From positions 1-54,094 of IMG/VR virus record IMGVR_UViG_3300016474_000357: a stretch of 54,094 bases of DNA, one strand, 5' to 3'. The notes under the pieces were generated by a model. That model saw only the letters and a list, made by a program, of their open reading frames with translations, was not told the DNA's origin and did not search any database. A program made the position numbers and the translations under genes. Shown here one piece after another: positions 50,433 to 54,094 of the stretch; position 1 is the stretch's first letter; each line of letters opens with the position of its first letter. This stretch comes from a virus. Taxonomy: Duplodnaviria > Caudoviricetes.

Positions 50433-51097
50433 TGTTTACAAATTTCTATCATGGAACTATAAGAAAAATGGTAACTGCCTTCGGCACTTTGTTTAATAAC
50501 ATCTATATCGTAAGAAATGATGGCACAACAACAAAGAAAATAAAAGTACCTTTGATATACTCACCAAAGGAAAAATTTGTTCATCGTTTAAACCTAGATG
50601 TAGACAAGACAATGGTTCAAACCATTTTACCAAGAATGGGATTTTCCATAACAAGTATGTCCTATGATTCAGATAGAAAGAAAAATTCACTGAATAAGAG
50701 ATGGAAGCAAGAAGTTGGAACAAATGATGATATTACATTCCAATATCGTTATGAAGATGTTCCATACAATATTGATTTTGAATTGTACATATATGCAAGA
50801 AACATTGACGATGGTTTACAAATAGTTGAGCAGATTCTACCATTCTTTACTCCAGATTTCACAATAACAATAAAACCAAAAGTATTGAACAACACTCTGG
50901 AAAAAGTAGACATTCCTATTATTTTAAATCAGATCACACCAAATGAAGTTTATGATCAGTCTTTCTCAGAAGATACTAGAATGTTAACTTGGGATCTACA
51001 GTTTACTGCTAAAGCAAATCTATACGGTCCTGTAAGGAATTCTTCAAGTATTATCAAGGATGTTAAAGTCAATCTTTTTGATTTTGATGAGGTCTGA
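50432..51097 (+). CDS. gp15: Tail sheath stabiliser / tail terminator gp15
   Basis: FYHGTIRK.V.AFGTLFNNI, VPL.Y.PKEKF, LPRMGF, VPYN..FEL and QIVEQILPFF.P motifs. Confidence 0.95.
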   Translation: MFTNFYHGTIRKMVTAFGTLFNNIYIVRNDGTTTKKIKVPLIYSPKEKFVHRLNLDVDKTMVQTILPRMGFSITSMSYDSDRKKNSLNKRWKQEVGTNDDITFQYRYEDVPYNIDFELYIYARNIDDGLQIVEQILPFFTPDFTITIKPKVLNNTLEKVDIPIILNQITPNEVYDQSFSEDTRMLTWDLQFTAKANLYGPVRNSSSIIKDVKVNLFDFDEV

Positions 51098-51099
51098 AT

Positions 51100-51273
51100 A
51101 TGGCTTATAAAAAATATGCATCAATAAGAGTCAGACCAGTTATCTTTGAGAGAGATACCAATGGTGATTTTGTCCTAGATACAAATAACGATAAGATTAT
51201 TTTAGTACAACCAAATAATGTAAATTCAACAGAACCATACGATTACTTAGTAGAAATAGAGGAATTTGAATAA
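51100..51273 (+). CDS. 57 aa acidic protein (not in the ORF track), possibly the detached C-terminus of gp15
   Basis: Manual translation MAYKKYASIRVRPVIFERDTNGDFVLDTNNDKIILVQPNNVNSTEPYDYLVEIEEFE*. GAGGT RBS; fills the gap exactly, with a TAATG overlap to the next gene. Confidence 0.7.
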   Translation: MAYKKYASIRVRPVIFERDTNGDFVLDTNNDKIILVQPNNVNSTEPYDYLVEIEEFE

Positions 51274-54094
51274 TGGCAGAAAGAAATCAATTTAGTGCAG
51301 GTGTAAATCCCGGAATTTATGGATCGGGAGAGTCTGTTGGTAATATTGTTTTCCCACAATCATTGCTTGGTGGTGGACCATCTGCTCCGCAAAATTTAAT
51401 TGCATCAAATTCTGATTATACAAATAAAGTATTAATAACTTGGACCAAAGTTCAAAATGCAACTACTTATAAAATATTCAGAGGCGGCGATGTCATAGCA
51501 GAAACAAGCGGATCGATATTGCAGACATATGATACAGATGGAAATACTAATACAGATACAAATACTTTATATTATGAGGATATAACTGCAACTCCGGGTG
51601 TTTTGTACACATATTCTACACTAGCAACAAACGCCACCGGAGATGGAAGTTTAAGTAATTCTGATACAGGTTCTAGAAAATTATCAACACCAACACTTAC
51701 AGCAACACAAAATACTTATAATAATAAAATTGAACTTTCATGGAATGCGGTTAGTGGTGCAACAATATTTGTTATATATTATTCGCAATCACCAGATTAC
51801 TCTTCTGCTGAAATTCTAGTTGAAACAACAGATACTACATTCTTACATGAAAATTTATTACCAAATACAACTTATTATTATACAATACAATCAAAAACAG
51901 ATGTTGATGAATGTTCTAGTGAGTTTTCTAATTTTATTCAAGGCAACACATCTTCAATATTAGACACACCAATTTTAAATATAAACTCAACAACGAATCA
52001 TGTATATTTGTCTTGGAATTCTATCGAATATGCATCAACATACGAGATTTATAGAGATGGAACTTTAATTGACACTACAAATGTATTTGAATATTTTGAT
52101 ACAACTGCAACTCCTGGTGTGTTGTATACTTATTTTGTAGTTGCAAAAAATACATCAACAAACTCTCAAAGTTTATATGATACTAACGGTGGAGTTAATG
52201 GATATAAAAAATTAAATATTGTTGGAAATGGTCTAACAGCATCAAATGGATTACATGAAAATAAAATAATATTAAATTGGAACTCTATTTCTGGAGCAAC
52301 TGGTTATAGACTTTATAGAGGAACTACATGGGTTGATCCTTTAAATAATATGTCACTAATCGCAACTGTTGGAAATATTTTTACATATGACGATACAAAT
52401 ACAGATTTAACATATAATACAAATTATTATTATTCTATAAGAGCAATATCAGAAGTTTCAGAAGCAATTAGTGACTATTCGACTCTTGAGGTGTTTGGTA
52501 GATTAAAAACACCAATTCCAGCAGCACCAACTGGGTTATCTGCAACTGACGGAACTCATACTGATAAAATTTCATTAACATGGAATTCGGTTTCAACTGC
52601 TTCTTTTTATAAAATTTATAGAAATAGTACTATTATTGGTACTAGCACCATAAATTCTTATGACGATTTATCTTCTGATATTACACCTGCAACTTTGTAT
52701 ACTTATTCTGTATCAGCAGTTAATGCATTTGGAGAAGAAAGTTCTTTATCTTCAACAAATACAGGTTATAAAAAATTAACAGCACCAATATTAAGTTCTG
52801 CTTCAGATTCATTCTTTGAAACAAAAATAGTTGTTGTTTGGAATTCATCATCTGGTGCTACATCGTATCAGATTTATAGAGGAACAGCATCAAATACTGC
52901 ATCCATGTCATTGATTGCTACTGTAGGTTCTTCTACCTTCACCTATGATGACACATATACAGATTTAACTGCTGGTACAACATATTATTATGCAATAAAA
53001 GCAGTGTCAGCATTGAGTACCAGCGATTTTAGCAATGTAGACTCTGGTACTCTTTTACCACCAACAAACATAACACCAGATAATATAATAGCACCAACTG
53101 GCTTAACAGCAACCACTGCAGGAGCAAGTAGTGTAACTTTAAATTGGAGTTATACTGGTGGCTCCTCTGATTTTAGAGTTTGGAGAGATGGTACACCAAT
53201 ACAAACAGTTCCTGCATCTCTTAGAACATTTACAGATTCAACTGCAACTCCCGGTTCAAATATTTCGTATCAAATTTCAACAACAAATCGTTCTGGTACT
53301 AATTTATTTTCAAATACAGCAATTGGGTCTATAAAACTTGCAAAACCATCTATAACAGTATCTGGTGGAACAAGCACAACTGCAATAAACATCAGTTGGT
53401 CTTCAATACTTGGTGCAACAAATTATACAGTAGAAAGAAGTATTGATAATGTTACATATGCTACAATAGCAACATTAACGAGTTCTTCTACATCCTATTC
53501 TGATACAAATACAGACTTGTCATACAATATTAATTATTTGTACAGAGTAAAAGCAACATGCGGCGTATCTATATTAAATAGTGATTTTAGTAATGTTAGA
53601 TATGGGTATCTTTTGCCACCAGTTCCTGGAGCATTTACAATATCTGCATCCGATGGTACAGATTCTTCGGCAGTAAATGTTACTTGGACAACATCAGAAA
53701 ATGCTTATAGTTATAGAGTTTTAAGAAATAGTACACCAATAGCATTTTCTCGTTCTAATCTTTTAATAAAAAGTGAAGATCCTGCTGGAAATATAAGTGG
53801 TGCCTATCCACCTGTTGGTTACGCTCAATATGGAACAGCACCAAGAACATTTACATCATCAACACAAACTTTACCAAACAGTACAACTGGTTCAATAACC
53901 ACCATGACATTCACAGGTGGTGAAACCAGTCCAACTGCAGTAAAAAATTCTGGTATATATCAAAATATACCTGCTGTAGAAGAAGGTGCTTGGTATATTC
54001 TATCCGTATATGCCAAGGGAACTGGTAGATTTAGAATGAGTTATTATGATGGCACAAGCAGTTTTTTCAGTGTTAAACAAAGTTCATCACCAAC
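51273..54094 (+). CDS. Fibronectin type III repeat virion protein, 3'-partial (>940 aa, not in the ORF track)
   Basis: Manual translation MAERNQFSAG...PSAPQNLIAS...VLITW.....ATTYKIFR...; about 8 complete FN3 units (P..L.A....I.L.W....A..Y.IYR...Y.D.....Y.Y.V.A). Frame checked by eye at the start and end; no stop seen. Confidence 0.85.
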   Translation, partial: MAERNQFSAGVNPGIYGSGESVGNIVFPQSLLGGGPSAPQNLIASNSDYTNKVLITWTKVQNATTYKIFRGGDVIAETSGSILQTYDTDGNTNTDTNTLYYEDITATPGVLYTYSTLATNATGDGSLSNSDTGSRKLSTPTLTATQNTYNNKIELSWNAVSGATIFVIYYSQSPDYSSAEILVETTDTTFLHENLLPNTTYYYTIQSKTDVDECSSEFSNFIQGNTSSILDTPILNINSTTNHVYLSWNSIEYASTYEIYRDGTLIDTTNVFEYFDTTATPGVLYTYFVVAKNTSTNSQSLYDTNGGVNGYKKLNIVGNGLTASNGLHENKIILNWNSISGATGYRLYRGTTWVDPLNNMSLIATVGNIFTYDDTNTDLTYNTNYYYSIRAISEVSEAISDYSTLEVFGRLKTPIPAAPTGLSATDGTHTDKISLTWNSVSTASFYKIYRNSTIIGTSTINSYDDLSSDITPATLYTYSVSAVNAFGEESSLSSTNTGYKKLTAPILSSASDSFFETKIVVVWNSSSGATSYQIYRGTASNTASMSLIATVGSSTFTYDDTYTDLTAGTTYYYAIKAVSALSTSDFSNVDSGTLLPPTNITPDNIIAPTGLTATTAGASSVTLNWSYTGGSSDFRVWRDGTPIQTVPASLRTFTDSTATPGSNISYQISTTNRSGTNLFSNTAIGSIKLAKPSITVSGGTSTTAINISWSSILGATNYTVERSIDNVTYATIATLTSSSTSYSDTNTDLSYNINYLYRVKATCGVSILNSDFSNVRYGYLLPPVPGAFTISASDGTDSSAVNVTWTTSENAYSYRVLRNSTPIAFSRSNLLIKSEDPAGNISGAYPPVGYAQYGTAPRTFTSSTQTLPNSTTGSITTMTFTGGETSPTAVKNSGIYQNIPAVEEGAWYILSVYAKGTGRFRMSYYDGTSSFFSVKQSSSP

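Noticed and set aside
51585-53530. Nucleotide repeats as a DGR template/variable pair or CRISPR array
   Set aside because: The repeats are short, in frame, differ mostly at synonymous positions rather than specifically at adenines, and track FN3 domains. No reverse transcriptase or cas gene in the window.

Overview
This is a 54 kb segment of an AT-rich, T4-superfamily myovirus with a marine/freshwater cyanophage-like gene set. Positions 1-11358 hold a tightly coupled 16-gene surface-glycan cluster: GT10, GT11, GT25 and other glycosyltransferase-like genes, two methyltransferases, a FabG-like reductase, a VioB-like acyltransferase, a DegT aminotransferase and an NDP-sugar epimerase. It runs directly into gp33 and a strikingly GC-richer gp32. 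Positions 12636-54094 hold the virion module: gp29-like/51/26/48 on the minus strand, then gp4, 54, 53, 27-like, a split gp5, PAAR, 25, 6, 7, 8, a DUF4815/VrlC-like giant, two large fibre proteins, gp13/14/15 and a truncated fibronectin-III repeat protein. Highlights: (1) the gp5 spike is genetically split, lacks a lysozyme and carries a ~300 aa membrane-like C-terminal extension next to a Cys-expanded PAAR; (2) one carbohydrate-binding-like module is inserted inside repeat units of two unrelated structural genes; (3) the glycan cluster resembles an N-acyl amino-sugar (viosamine/perosamine-type) pathway and may glycosylate the virion; (4) a T4 late promoter is embedded in an RBS-sequestering terminator hairpin before gp13; (5) gp15 appears split. 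No tRNA, rRNA, CRISPR array or integrase was seen. All family assignments come from motif recognition and synteny by eye, not from database searches.
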